DNA of 63,751 nucleotides, the filler included. It is 4 parts of 4 records of this genome, joined end to end, with 100 filler letters (N's around TTAATTAATTAA, not from the genome) between each part and the next. Parts side by side here need not be neighbours in the genome. Positions count along the whole stretch, not along the records: positions 1 to 27,626 come from SRR22947727_5828; positions 27,727 to 45,973 come from SRR22947727_5831; 2 more parts are not named here. One strand, written 5' to 3'. A model generated the notes under the pieces. It was given only the letters and a program-made list of their open reading frames with translations, was not told where the DNA came from and made no database searches. The translations under genes and the position numbers were made by a program. Of this stretch, positions 19,399-30,078 are shown one piece after another. Within the stretch, counting starts at the first letter, position 1, and each line of letters begins with the position of its first letter.

Positions 19399-20454
19399 TT
19401 ATGCGCGCCGCCGCCCGCCGCGTCTGCCGCCACGCCCGCCGGCCTCGCCGCCGCTGCCAGCGGGTTTATTAAACTGGATCCATGCGCCGCCATGCGGATC
19501 ATTATTGGTTAATAAATTGGCGGCCCGTATGGCCTCCATCTCTTTGCCGGGGCGCGCTTGGGTGGATCCAAGGCCGAACAAGGTGACAAAGGTTTCGTCA
19601 TCCATTTCGGGGGGCAGAATGATTCCAGCAGCTTCGACCGCGGCCTTCTTCTCGGCAATTTTGGCTTGGGTCACAGGTAAAGCAACCGGGTTCATGATCG
19701 CAGAGGTCATCCCCGCGCCCATCGCCATGGGCAAAAAGGCGTTGTTGATCCCATGGCGGTTTGGCAGGCCAAACGATACGTTTGAGGCACCGCAGGTCGT
19801 ATTTACGCCCAATTCCTCGCGCAGGCGACGCACCAATGTAAAGACTTGCTGGCCCGCTGTGGCCATTGCTCCAATCGGCATAACCAACGGGTCAACAACA
19901 ATATCATAGGCGGGAATGTTGAAATCAGCGGCCCGTTCAACAATTTTTTTGGCGACGGCAAAGCGCACGTCGGGATCTTCTGAGATGCCGGTATCATCGT
20001 TTGAAATCGCGACCACGGGCACATTGTATTTCTGCACCAAAGGCAGAACGAATTCTAAGCGATCCTCTTCGCCGGTCACCGAGTTTAAAAGCGGGCGGCC
20101 TTCTGCCATTTGAAGGCCCATTTCAAGCGCTTCAGGAACCGAGCTGTCGATGCAAAGCGGCACGTCGGTTAGGCCTTGCACCAGTTCGATCATTTGCTTC
20201 ATCAAAGGGGGTTCGGTTTCATTCGGGTTTGGGTTGGAGTTATAGACCACCCCCGCATTGATATCCAAAATATTGGCGCCCGCAGCGACTTGCGCCAACG
20301 CATCTTTTTCAACGGTTGAAAAATCCCCCGCCTCTAATTCTGCGGCAAGCTTTTTGCGGCCCGTCGGGTTGATGCGCTCCCCAATCACACAAAACGGTTC
20401 ATCAAACCCCAGTGTTGCTGTTTTTGTCTTTGATTCAACGACTGTGCGCGTCAT
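19399..20454 (-). CDS. Methyltetrahydrofolate:cobalamin methyltransferase (stand-alone MetH pterin-binding domain)
   Basis: IGERINPTGRK, IDSS, NSVTGE and GASNVSFGLP motifs. Confidence 0.9.
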   Translation of the reverse strand: MTRTVVESKTKTATLGFDEPFCVIGERINPTGRKKLAAELEAGDFSTVEKDALAQVAAGANILDINAGVVYNSNPNPNETEPPLMKQMIELVQGLTDVPLCIDSSVPEALEMGLQMAEGRPLLNSVTGEEDRLEFVLPLVQKYNVPVVAISNDDTGISEDPDVRFAVAKKIVERAADFNIPAYDIVVDPLVMPIGAMATAGQQVFTLVRRLREELGVNTTCGASNVSFGLPNRHGINNAFLPMAMGAGMTSAIMNPVALPVTQAKIAEKKAAVEAAGIILPPEMDDETFVTLFGLGSTQARPGKEMEAIRAANLLTNNDPHGGAWIQFNKPAGSGGEAGGRGGRRGGRRRA

Positions 20455-20457
20455 GGT

Positions 20458-21390
20458 TTATCCTTCCACGATTTGGGCTGGTATGCCCGATTTTCCGCCA
20501 TGTTCGGTTACCCAAGTGGCGCTTGTTTTTATTCCACCCAGCGGGAAGATATGAACGTTGGTAATGTTAAAATCTGGATTTTTTGCTTTGTGCTGCGCAA
20601 GCTGCGTTAACACTTCGGTGGGTTCATAGGGCAGCAAAAGCTTGGTCACATCCATTGCGCGCTTTTGAAGAACCTTCAACGAGGGCCCAACGCCGCATGC
20701 GATCGCAAATTTTATCATGGTTTGTAATTTCGCCGGCCCTGCAATTCCGATATGTATCGGAATATCAATGCCAGCGGTTTTGATGGCGTTTGCCCATTCG
20801 ATAATCGGGCCCGCCTCAAAGGCAAATTGGGTGGCCAAAGCCATCTGCGCACCCGTTCTTTGTGAAAAGGCTTGCTTCCAGTGCAACGCGGCTTCGACAT
20901 TTTTCATGCTGCCATCGGGATCTATGTCTTTATTGCCTTCAGGATGCCCGGCCACGTGCAGGTGTTTAAACCCCGCTTTGTCGAATAGCTCGGTTTCAAG
21001 CAGCTGCATTGAGCAGTCATAATCGCCATGAGGCGTGGTGACGCCGCCGGCCAGCAGCAGGGCCTGATCTACGCCCGCTTCGCCTTGATATTGTGCGATC
21101 CAATTTTCCAGCGTGGCTTTATCCTTGATGATCCGCGCTGGAAAATGCGGCATCACCGCAAATCCTTCTTTTGCTAATCGCGCTGCGGTGGCCACCATGT
21201 CTTCGATTGGCGTACCTTCGATATGCGCGATATAGACCCGCGTCTCTTGCGGCAGGATCGCCCGGAAATCTTCAACCTTTTGGGCGGTTCTGGGCATCAC
21301 CTCGATCGAATAATCGGCGAGAAAGCTTTCCAGATCTTGATTAAGCACGCCGGTCTGGTTTGGTTTTTTTGTAAAGTTGAATAAAGCCAT
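20458..21390 (-). CDS. metF: Methylenetetrahydrofolate reductase (MetF-like)
   Basis: SIEVMP, PHFPAR, AGHPEG and TQFAFE motifs. Confidence 0.85.
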   Translation of the reverse strand: MALFNFTKKPNQTGVLNQDLESFLADYSIEVMPRTAQKVEDFRAILPQETRVYIAHIEGTPIEDMVATAARLAKEGFAVMPHFPARIIKDKATLENWIAQYQGEAGVDQALLLAGGVTTPHGDYDCSMQLLETELFDKAGFKHLHVAGHPEGNKDIDPDGSMKNVEAALHWKQAFSQRTGAQMALATQFAFEAGPIIEWANAIKTAGIDIPIHIGIAGPAKLQTMIKFAIACGVGPSLKVLQKRAMDVTKLLLPYEPTEVLTQLAQHKAKNPDFNITNVHIFPLGGIKTSATWVTEHGGKSGIPAQIVEG

Positions 21391-21413
21391 TTTACCCTCG
21401 GGTTTTGCGCGTG

Positions 21414-21710
21414 TTACGCCCAGCCATCATTATCGATTAACGCTTTTAATCGCGTTTTGTCATATTGTTCTTCGAGCGCTTGCGCTTCGGTCAAAACAAT
21501 CTCTTCGGCGTTGCCGTCGCGCGCTTCGGGGGCGCTTTTGCGCCATTCGGCCAGATAGTCATCCGTGCCCGCTAATCCGCCTTTCATTGCTGCGCGGTCG
21601 ATCGCCTGTTCAAAGCGTTCGCTGAGCTGTTGTTTGCAGCCTCGGCGGCCTTTGCCCACGATAACTTGCGCTGGGATATCGCGCCAATACACTATGGTGA
21701 CGTCGGGCAT
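21414..21710 (-). CDS. 'Virulence factor' (CvfA C-terminal-like) small protein
   Basis: IVYWRDIPAQV, RFEQAIDRAAM and YLAEW motifs. AGGAGG RBS before MPDVTIV. Confidence 0.8.
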   Translation of the reverse strand: MPDVTIVYWRDIPAQVIVGKGRRGCKQQLSERFEQAIDRAAMKGGLAGTDDYLAEWRKSAPEARDGNAEEIVLTEAQALEEQYDKTRLKALIDNDGWA

Positions 21711-22007
21711 CGATGATTCCTCCTTTTCGGTGCGCTGTGTGTATGACACTAGGCTTGGGTTCTTAAGTCGGTTTTCGACTTTTACACAGCTGTCAGCGAC
21801 CTCTGTGCTTTTACTTTTAAAACGCCCTCTAGACCAGTTTCTCTGGCCCTCAAAATTTACAAGATAGATATGAATTTATCGGTTCTTTTCAGCCGGCGTG
21901 CTGCGGGATATCGGCGCCTTGATCCGAAAAACTTTAACTGCTCTCTTGCGGGGGCACAGGATGCAGCCTATCGTGGGGCTAACTTAAAAATTTAGGAGGG
22001 CGCAGAT

Positions 22008-23120
22008 ATGGCGCCTAAGCGTCTCAAAGGTGCAGGCGCGTTCCCGAAACCGGTAGAAAGCCCTGCGCCGATACCGCCCAGCCCAACCGAGCTTTACGCC
22101 GCTTTGGATCTGGGTACGAACAGTTGTCGGATGCTGATTGCCCAACCCAAGGGCAGCCAGTTTCACGTGGTTGATAGCTTTTCCAAATCTGTTCAATTGG
22201 GAACGGGCTTGGAAAAAACGGGCCGGCTTAGCCGCAGCTCAATGCAGCGCACGATTCACGCGCTTCGGGTGTGCCAGCTGAAGTTGAAACAGCATGGCGT
22301 GACGCGGATGCGACTGGTCGCCACCGAAGCATGTCGGCGCGCGGCCAATGCGCGTGAGTTTATCCGCCAGGTGAAGCGCGAGGCGGGCTTGCAGCTGGAA
22401 ATCATCGAGCCGGAAGAAGAAGCGCGGTTGGCGGTGATTTCCTGTGCACCCTTGGTGAGCACTAAAACCGAGCAGCTTTTGGTGGTGGATATTGGCGGCG
22501 GCTCTACCGAATTGGTTTGGATTGACTTATCTTCTGTGCCACAGCGAGAGCGGCCGCGGGCCATCATGCGGCTGCACGCCGGTTTTCACCCGGCCGAAAG
22601 CCCCTTTGCCGCCGCGAAAGTTGTCGATTGGATAAGCGTGCCGCTGGGCGTTGCCACATTGCGCGATCAATTCAATGATGTTGAAGACGATTCAGCCCGC
22701 TATGCATTGATGAGCTGGTTTTTCGAAGAAAACTTGGCAGAGTTTGCCCCTTATCGCGATGAGCAACCCCGTGATGGATTTCAAATCATTGGCACATCGG
22801 GCACCGTCACGACGGTTGCAGCCAGTCATCTTGGGTTGAAGCGCTATGATCGAACCAAAGTGGATGGGTTGCGCATGACCTCGGATCAGATTGACCGTGT
22901 GATCAATTCTTACTTAGCGCTGGGCCCGGCCGGGCGGCAGTTGGATCCGCGTATCGGCAGCGACCGGCAGGCTTTAATCATGTCGGGATCGGCCATCCTG
23001 CAAGCTTTGTTGCGCTGTTGGCCAACCGAGCGTCTTTCAGTTGCGGATCGCGGTTTGCGCGAGGGTTTATTATACGCCCAAATGAGCCGCGATGGCGTAT
23101 TAGAGGATGCACCGCTGTAA
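22008..23120 (+). CDS. ppx: Ppx/GppA phosphatase
   Basis: [23 protein letters not shown] and GLREG motifs. Confidence 0.9.
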   Translation: MAPKRLKGAGAFPKPVESPAPIPPSPTELYAALDLGTNSCRMLIAQPKGSQFHVVDSFSKSVQLGTGLEKTGRLSRSSMQRTIHALRVCQLKLKQHGVTRMRLVATEACRRAANAREFIRQVKREAGLQLEIIEPEEEARLAVISCAPLVSTKTEQLLVVDIGGGSTELVWIDLSSVPQRERPRAIMRLHAGFHPAESPFAAAKVVDWISVPLGVATLRDQFNDVEDDSARYALMSWFFEENLAEFAPYRDEQPRDGFQIIGTSGTVTTVAASHLGLKRYDRTKVDGLRMTSDQIDRVINSYLALGPAGRQLDPRIGSDRQALIMSGSAILQALLRCWPTERLSVADRGLREGLLYAQMSRDGVLEDAPL

Positions 23121-23836
23121 TGGATCAGGACAAGAAAAATACATCTGGGCGCGGTCAGCGCGATTTAAAGGTGAAGGTAAAATCGGCGCGCGGCCGCTCG
23201 GTATCTCAGGTGCGCTGGTTGCAGCGGCAATTGAACGATCCTTACGTGAAAAGAGCCCAATCCGAAGGATATCGGGGGCGCGCCGCGTTTAAAATTTTAG
23301 AACTTGATGACAAATACGGATTTTTGAAACCTGGGGTGCGGGTTGTTGATTTGGGATGTGCGCCAGGGGGCTGGTGCCAAGTGGCGGCGCGGCGGGTCAA
23401 TGCGTTGGGCGATAAAAAGAACAAACCCACAGGTTATGTGTTGGGCATAGATTTACAAGAAGTCGAGCCGGTTGCGGGGGCTGAGATATATCAGCTGGAT
23501 TTCTTGGAAGAAGAGGCTGATCTAAAGGTCAAAGACTGGCTTGGGGGCACGGCGGATGTTGTGATGTCGGATATGGCGGCGGCCAGTTCCGGCCATAAGC
23601 AGACGGATCATTTGCGGATTATTTCATTATGCGAGGCTGCTGCTTATTTTGCCTTTGACGTTTTGGAAGAAGGGGGAACCTTCGTGGCAAAGGTGCTGGC
23701 TGGCGGAGCGGAAGGTGAGTTGCAAAAGCTTCTTAAGCAAAGGTTTACCAAAGTGGCCAATGTCAAACCACCGGCCAGCCGAGCCGATAGTTCAGAAAAA
23801 TTTGTCGTGGCTTTGGGCTATCGCGGCGCGCCCTAA
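23120..23836 (+). CDS. rlmE: 23S rRNA Um2552 methyltransferase
   Basis: [21 protein letters not shown] and KPPASR motifs. TAATG coupling to ppx. Confidence 0.95.
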   Translation: MDQDKKNTSGRGQRDLKVKVKSARGRSVSQVRWLQRQLNDPYVKRAQSEGYRGRAAFKILELDDKYGFLKPGVRVVDLGCAPGGWCQVAARRVNALGDKKNKPTGYVLGIDLQEVEPVAGAEIYQLDFLEEEADLKVKDWLGGTADVVMSDMAAASSGHKQTDHLRIISLCEAAAYFAFDVLEEGGTFVAKVLAGGAEGELQKLLKQRFTKVANVKPPASRADSSEKFVVALGYRGAP

Positions 23837-24778
23837 CTGGGCAATTTGGCTTGGGCTGGCACCAAAACGCCGTTTAAAAGCCCGGCTCAGGGCCGATTGG
23901 TTTTCATAGCCGCAGCGCAAGGCAATTTCAGCCATCGTTAACGAGGTGCTTTCCACCAATTGGCGGGCAACGCTCAAACGTATATGCCGGTAAGCCTGGC
24001 CTGGGCTTGCCCCCAATTGAGCTTTGAATTGGCGCTCAAGGGTTTTGGGCGGACAAGCGATCTTCTGGGTGATTTGAGAAAGCGTTAAGGGCCGTTCGAT
24101 ATTGTTTTGCATCACAGCGAGCGCCCGCTGCAGGGGCGTGCCCGCGCGTTGGCTTTGGGTGTTTTGTAAGGCGGGAAACGGATCATCGCGTAGCATCAGG
24201 GCATCGATATCCAGAACCATAGAATTGCCAAGATGGCTTTGAATGATCTGACGCGTTAAGTCAAAGCTGGCCATCGCGCCTGCGCAGGTGATGCGGTTGC
24301 CATCCTTCACAACGCGGTGGCGCACACTGTCTACGCTCAGGAATTTTTCGGCAAAGCTTTCCAAAACATCCCAATGAATCGTGGCCCGCCGGCCCTCTAA
24401 AAGCTCTGCGGCGGCCATCAGCCAGGGGGCTGTGTCCAAACCAATCATTACTTTGCATTGGCCTGCGGCATTGCGCAGCGCTTTACGGGTTTTTGCGTCG
24501 TCATGCAGGTGATGCTGATAGCTTGACAGCACAAATAAATAATCGACGAATTCAAGATCTTTCAACTGTCCTTGGGGCAGAATCGGCAATCCGCTTGAGG
24601 TGTGCACTGCCGCGCCATCCAGCGTCAGAAAGCTCCAGTCGAACACACGCTGATGCGCAAGCGTATTGGCTGCGCGCATGGGCTCAAGACAGTTTGCCAA
24701 ACACATATTGGAAAACTGGTCGAATAAAACGAAGGCCACTTTGATCGCAGCAGCAGGATGTTTTGACCATTTCTGCAT
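23792..24778 (-). CDS. cdhR: GlxA-family (GATase-AraC) regulator, CdhR-like
   Basis: DJ-1-like N-terminal domain plus AraC HTH ([19 protein letters not shown]). Divergent from the carnitine genes. Confidence 0.8.
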   Translation of the reverse strand: MQKWSKHPAAAIKVAFVLFDQFSNMCLANCLEPMRAANTLAHQRVFDWSFLTLDGAAVHTSSGLPILPQGQLKDLEFVDYLFVLSSYQHHLHDDAKTRKALRNAAGQCKVMIGLDTAPWLMAAAELLEGRRATIHWDVLESFAEKFLSVDSVRHRVVKDGNRITCAGAMASFDLTRQIIQSHLGNSMVLDIDALMLRDDPFPALQNTQSQRAGTPLQRALAVMQNNIERPLTLSQITQKIACPPKTLERQFKAQLGASPGQAYRHIRLSVARQLVESTSLTMAEIALRCGYENQSALSRAFKRRFGASPSQIAQLGRAAIAQSHDKFF

Positions 24779-24858
24779 AATATTTGTCGTTTAAGGCAAA
24801 TATAAACGGGCTGCCAGCGCGTATTGTTGGACTTGGATCAAGCGATAAGGGATTTGAT

Positions 24859-25770
24859 ATGCCGCTTACAATGAATCGTGACGTGTTTATCACATGCGCC
24901 GTTACTGGATCAGGCGCCACGCAAGATCGCAGCCGCCATGTGCCGCGCAGTCCGCAGGAAATCGCCGATAGCGCCATTGCAGCTGCCCGCGCAGGGGCCG
25001 CAGTGGTGCATTGTCATGTCCGCGATCCTGAAACCGGTGCGCCAAGCCGCAACCTGGCCTTTTATCGCGAGTTGACCGAGCGCATCCGCGACTCGGAGGT
25101 TGATATGGTGTTGAACCTGACCGCGGGGATGGGTGGGGATATCGTGTTTGGGGATGCTTCGGCGCCTTTGCCGTTGCAACAGGGCACCGATATGGTGTCG
25201 GCCGAAGAACGCATTGCGCATATTGCTGAATGCCTGCCCGAAATATGCACCTTAGATTGCGGCACAATGAATTTTGCCGAAGCCGATTACGTGATGACCA
25301 ATACCCCGGGGATGTTGCAGGCAATGGCGCGCCGGATGAGCGAACTGGGCGTAAAGCCCGAAATAGAGGCCTTCGATACGGGGCATTTATGGTATGCCAA
25401 ACAGCTGGTACAGGATGGCGCGCTGGCCCCACAAGCTTTGGTTCAATTATGTATGGGGGTGCCGTGGGGCGCGCCTGATGATCTTAATACGTTTATGGCT
25501 ATGGTGAATAATGTTCCCGATGATTGGACGTTCAGCGCGTTTTCCTTAGGCCGCAACCAAATGGCTTATGTGGCCGCGGCGGTGCTGGCCGGGGGCAATG
25601 TACGCGTTGGGCTGGAAGATAATTTATGGCTGGAAAAAGGCGTTTTGGCTGAGAATTATCAATTGGTCGAGCGCGCAAAGACCATAATTGAAAATATGGG
25701 TGCCCGCGTGATGGGACCTGCAGCTTTGCGTGAAAAGCTTGGGCTTATCAAACGCGCCCCGCGGGGCTAG
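24859..25770 (+). CDS. cdhC: Beta-keto acid cleavage enzyme (BKACE/DUF849), dehydrocarnitine-cleaving CdhC-like
   Basis: ITCAVTG, HCHVRD and RVGLEDN motifs. Same operon as carnitine dehydrogenase. Confidence 0.88.
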   Translation: MPLTMNRDVFITCAVTGSGATQDRSRHVPRSPQEIADSAIAAARAGAAVVHCHVRDPETGAPSRNLAFYRELTERIRDSEVDMVLNLTAGMGGDIVFGDASAPLPLQQGTDMVSAEERIAHIAECLPEICTLDCGTMNFAEADYVMTNTPGMLQAMARRMSELGVKPEIEAFDTGHLWYAKQLVQDGALAPQALVQLCMGVPWGAPDDLNTFMAMVNNVPDDWTFSAFSLGRNQMAYVAAAVLAGGNVRVGLEDNLWLEKGVLAENYQLVERAKTIIENMGARVMGPAALREKLGLIKRAPRG

Positions 25771-25775
25771 CGTAG

Positions 25776-26537
25776 ATGGCACGGCGGGTTGTGCTGACCG
25801 GGGCAGCTTCTGGCATTGGCTTGGTGGTGGCCAAACGATTTTCTGATCTGGGCGATCAGGTGGCGCTGTGCGACAGCTCGCCCGCGCATCTGGCCGCAGC
25901 GCAAGAGGCGCTTCCAAATGCTATAACGGCATTGGCTGATGTGACCGACGAAGATCAAATGCAGCACTTTTTTGCACAGGTAACGGAACGTTTTGCGGGG
26001 GTTGATATTTTTATCAGCAATGCGGGCACGGGCGGGCCGGCAGGGCCGCTTGACGAATTGCAATATGACGCGTGGCAAGCCTGTCTGTCGGTAAATTTAA
26101 ACGGTGCTTTTCTGGGTGCGCGTTGGGCCTCAGAGATGATGCGCGCGCAGGGCGCGGGCGTGATCTTGTTTATGTCGTCAAGTTCTGGGCTGCATGGCGT
26201 CCCCATGCGCAGCCCCTATGTGGCGGCAAAATGGGGCTTGATTGGCCTAACCAAAACATTGGCGATGGAGCTTGGCCCCAGCGGCGTGCGGGTGAACGCG
26301 ATCTGCCCCGGCGCGGTGGAAGGCGATCGCATGCAGCATGTGCTTGAGATCGAGGCAAACGCAACCGCGCGCAGTCTGGAAGAGATACGCCAGCAATATA
26401 GCCAGGGCGTGTCGTTGCGGCGTTTCGTCAGCCCAGAAGATATTGCCGATATGGCGGTGTTCCTTAGCTCAGAGGCAGCCCGACAGGTGACCGGTCAGGC
26501 CTTGGCGGTGGATGGGCACACCGAAAGTATGGTTTAG
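25776..26537 (+). CDS. Classical SDR oxidoreductase
   Basis: TGAASGIG, SNAG and YVAAK motifs. Confidence 0.92.
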   Translation: MARRVVLTGAASGIGLVVAKRFSDLGDQVALCDSSPAHLAAAQEALPNAITALADVTDEDQMQHFFAQVTERFAGVDIFISNAGTGGPAGPLDELQYDAWQACLSVNLNGAFLGARWASEMMRAQGAGVILFMSSSSGLHGVPMRSPYVAAKWGLIGLTKTLAMELGPSGVRVNAICPGAVEGDRMQHVLEIEANATARSLEEIRQQYSQGVSLRRFVSPEDIADMAVFLSSEAARQVTGQALAVDGHTESMV

Positions 26538-26570
26538 CGCAAAGGCGCGCAGGCAAGGGAAATATGTGAA

Positions 26571-27626
26571 ATGGTTCAGAAAACGGCAGCAATAATCGGG
26601 GGTGGAGTGATTGGCGGCGGTTGGCTTGCGCGCTTTTTACTGAATGGCTGGAACGTCAATTTATTTGATCCCGATCCGCAGGCTGAGCGCAAAATTGCCG
26701 CCGTTTTGGAAAATGCCCGCCACGCATTGCCAATGCTTTATGAGCGGGATTTACCCAAAGAAGGTGAATTGACGATCTGCAAAACCATCGAGCAGGCGGT
26801 CAGCGCTGCGGATTGGATCCAAGAAAGCGTTCCTGAGCGGCTCGAGATTAAGCATAATGTGATTTCGGATATTCAAAAATACTGTTTGCAAAACGCTATC
26901 ATAGGCTCTTCAACATCGGGGTATAAGCCGTCTGAATTGCAAGAAAAATCAGATTTTCCAGATCAAATAGTTGTCGCCCATCCGTTTAACCCTGTCTATT
27001 TGCTGCCTTTGATTGAACTTGTTCCCAGCCCCCGCAGTGGCACAACGCATATTGCCCAGGCGCAGGCGCATCTAACCGCGCTGGGCATGTTTCCTTTGCT
27101 GGTGCGCAAGGAAATTGATGCGCATATTGCCGATCGTTTTTTAGAGGCTGTTTGGCGCGAGGGCTTGTGGTTGATCAAAGATGGGATCGCCACGACAGAA
27201 GAAATTGACAATGCCATTCGCTATGGGTTTGGATTGCGCTGGGCGCAGATGGGGCTTTTTGAGACGTATCGGATTGCGGGCGGTGAAGAGGGCATGGCGC
27301 ATTTTATCGCCCAGTTTGGGCCATGCCTCGATTGGCCTTGGACCAAATTGATGGATGTGCCCGAATTGACAGATGAGTTGGTTCAACAAATTGCCGATCA
27401 ATCTGACGCCCAATCGGGGAATTTGTCGATCCGCGCTTTAGAGCGCAAACGCGATAACAATTTGGTGGCGATTTTGCGCAGCCTTAAGCAGCAGGGCAAT
27501 GCCGCTGGGGCTTTGATTGGCGAACATGATCGTAATTTACAGCCCAAGTTTAAGCCCGCGACGAAACTGCGCAGCGTATCGCGGGTGATCCCCGTTGATT
27601 GGACGGATTACAACGGCCATATGAAT
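26571..27626 (+). CDS. lcdH: L-carnitine 3-dehydrogenase fused to thioesterase (3' truncated by contig end)
   Basis: GGGVIGGGW, QESVPERL and HPFNPVYL motifs, then the start of a hot-dog domain (DWTDYNGHMN). Confidence 0.92.
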
Positions 27627-27726
27627 NNNNNNNNNNNNNNNNNNNNNNNNNNNNNNNNNNNNNNNNNNNNTTAATTAATTAANNNNNNNNNNNNNNNNNN
27701 NNNNNNNNNNNNNNNNNNNNNNNNNN
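27627..27726. other. Artificial contig spacer
   Basis: N44-TTAATTAATTAA-N44, stops in all six frames. Confidence 0.99.
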
Positions 27727-28045
27727 CAAAGATTTGGTCATTCGCGGCGGTGAAAATATTGGTTGTGGCGAAGTAGAGGCGGCATTACTGGAGCACCCAC
27801 TCATTCACGAAGCATCGGTCTATGCGGTGCCTGACGAAAGATTGGGCGAGGAAGTAGGCACCACCATTTACACAGATCAGCCTATTGATGAGGAAGAACT
27901 GAATGCGTTTCTGCTCACTCGCCTCGCGCGCTTCAAAGTACCCGCACACACTTGGCAGCAACACGAGCCACTGCCCCGCACAGCCTCCGGCAAAATCCTT
28001 AAGCGCGACCTGCGCGAAGAGGCTTGCCTAAGGTTAACTACTTAA
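27727..28045 (+). CDS. Acyl-CoA synthetase C-terminal fragment (5' truncated)
   Basis: KDLVIRGGENI, PDERLGEEV and LPRTASGKILK motifs. Confidence 0.9.
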
Positions 28046-28057
28046 ACGGAAATACAT

Positions 28058-29728
28058 ATGCAAGCCATTGCCAAGTTGATTCGCATAAATCTCACTCTGG
28101 CAATTTTGTTGTCGATTAACCTCGTGGGTTGTACAGAAAAGGAGGCTGGGATGAGCGCTGATATGAATAAAGAGCGGGTCAATCAAGTCTCCACCGAGCA
28201 CGGGATGCTGGAGGGCGCATGGTCACAAGCAGACGCGAGTATTGGCGTGTTTCGCGGCATCCCTTACGCCCAACCCCCTGTTGGCAATTTGCGATGGCGT
28301 GCACCCCAAGATCTGGCACCTTGGACCGGCGTGCGCCAAGCAACTACGTTTGGTGCCGCTTGCTGGCAATCCTACAGCGACGATGCCTTTGTCTGGAGTC
28401 GCGGTGAATTTCCCCGCAGCGAGGACTGCTTACACCTAAATATTTGGCAACCGGAAAAAACCGATGCCACAGCCCCTGTGATGGTTTGGTTTCACGGCGG
28501 CGCGCACACTGGCGGCTTTGCCCACGTTGAATTATTCGACGGCACTGAACTGGCACGCCAAGGTGTTGTGGTTGTTACGGTGAATTACCGTCTTGGCCCA
28601 TGGGGATTTTTGGCCCACCCTGCACTTGCTGAAGAATCCGAGCACAACAGCACTGGCAACTATGGGCTAATGGACAAAATTGCGGCACTGAAATGGGTAC
28701 AAAAAAATATCCAAGGCTTTGGTGGTAACCCAGACAATGTGACCCTATTTGGTCAATCCGCAGGGTCTAGTAGCGTTTGCGCGCTAATGGCCTCTCCACT
28801 CGCAAGCGGCTTGTTCGATAAGGCAATAGGGCAATCTGCGGCTTGCCTGGTGAAAGAAAAACGCGACGCTAACGGTCAACAACGCGGCGCACGGCTCGCG
28901 CAACTTGCGCTGGGTGAATTAGGTGCACAAGACTCTGAGAGTCAGGTAACCGCAAAACAACTTCGCAGCATAGACAACCAAAGTTTGTTGTCCGCGATGG
29001 AGAACAGTCCTTGGAGCGAGGGCAGTCGCATAGTGGTAGATGGTTGGGTACTGCCTGAGGCCCCAGTGGACGTATTTAACGCCAACCAACAAGCAAAGGT
29101 GCCGTTATTGGTAGGGTCATTGGCCAACGAAGGCCATGAACTGCTGCCACTGAACAACGCCCTAACAGAATCTGAGTTAGATCAATATCTGAACAAGACG
29201 TTTGCCGAGACTGCACCCAAGCTCAAGGCCCTGTACGCCGAGGACTTGGCTATTTCTCCCGGTATGGCGCTGCGAGAAATTCTAACGGACGCGTTTATGG
29301 CCATGTCTATGCGCGGTTGGGCTCAGTACAACCACAATGCTGACCAGCCTACCTATCTTTACTACATGGACTATGTGCCGCCGGCCTATCAAATTTACCT
29401 GTTTGATGATCCGAACCTAAACCTACCCGGCGGTCCGCGCAGCACCGGGGCTTATCACTCGGGTGATTTAGCCTATGTCTTTAACAATGTGGGTAAAACT
29501 GGGGACTTTTGGTTAGAGGAAGACTTTGCCATGGCCCGCGCAATGAGCGGCTATTGGACAAACTTTGCTAAAACCGGCAATCCAAATGGGACCAACTTGC
29601 CCAATTGGGCGCGTTATGATACGCAAAATCACAACACGCAGTTGCTCTCAAATCCGATTAAGACCATTGCTGGGGCCAAGCGCGAAAAGTTGGATTTGCT
29701 GGCCCAGCGCTACCAAAGAAAAAAATAG
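28058..29728 (+). CDS. Type-B carboxylesterase, probable lipoprotein
   Basis: SEDCLHLNIW, HGG, GQSAG nucleophile, YHSGDL histidine and an LVGC lipobox. Confidence 0.92.
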   Translation: MQAIAKLIRINLTLAILLSINLVGCTEKEAGMSADMNKERVNQVSTEHGMLEGAWSQADASIGVFRGIPYAQPPVGNLRWRAPQDLAPWTGVRQATTFGAACWQSYSDDAFVWSRGEFPRSEDCLHLNIWQPEKTDATAPVMVWFHGGAHTGGFAHVELFDGTELARQGVVVVTVNYRLGPWGFLAHPALAEESEHNSTGNYGLMDKIAALKWVQKNIQGFGGNPDNVTLFGQSAGSSSVCALMASPLASGLFDKAIGQSAACLVKEKRDANGQQRGARLAQLALGELGAQDSESQVTAKQLRSIDNQSLLSAMENSPWSEGSRIVVDGWVLPEAPVDVFNANQQAKVPLLVGSLANEGHELLPLNNALTESELDQYLNKTFAETAPKLKALYAEDLAISPGMALREILTDAFMAMSMRGWAQYNHNADQPTYLYYMDYVPPAYQIYLFDDPNLNLPGGPRSTGAYHSGDLAYVFNNVGKTGDFWLEEDFAMARAMSGYWTNFAKTGNPNGTNLPNWARYDTQNHNTQLLSNPIKTIAGAKREKLDLLAQRYQRKK

Positions 29729-29820
29729 TAATGTTTGTATAAGCCAATGGTTACAAAGTAACTGCGAGCGTTTAGCATACGCTTTTACGAACGTAAGCAC
29801 GCACCGGACTACTTAAGACA

Positions 29821-30078
29821 ATGACCGAAAAGAAGAAGACTGCAGCCAGCAAAGAAGATGACCTTAACTTTGAAGCTGCAATGCTTGAACTGGAACAGCT
29901 GGTCAAGCAAATGGAAAACGGTGACCTGAGCCTAGATGAGTCGCTTAAGGCATTTGAGCGCGGCGTGCTATTAACTCGTCAATGCCAGAAGTCCTTAGCC
30001 GAAGCAGAACTGAAAGTTAAGATGCTCTCGGCAGAAGGCGTTATTGAAGATCTAGACGTAAGCGACTTAGATGCTTAA
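29821..30078 (+). CDS. xseB: Exodeoxyribonuclease VII small subunit
   Basis: [29 protein letters not shown] motif. Confidence 0.95.
   Translation: MTEKKKTAASKEDDLNFEAAMLELEQLVKQMENGDLSLDESLKAFERGVLLTRQCQKSLAEAELKVKMLSAEGVIEDLDVSDLDA

Noticed and set aside
27671-27682. TTAATTAATTAA repeated three times in the window
   Set aside because: Synthetic six-frame-stop linker inside N runs, not biological.
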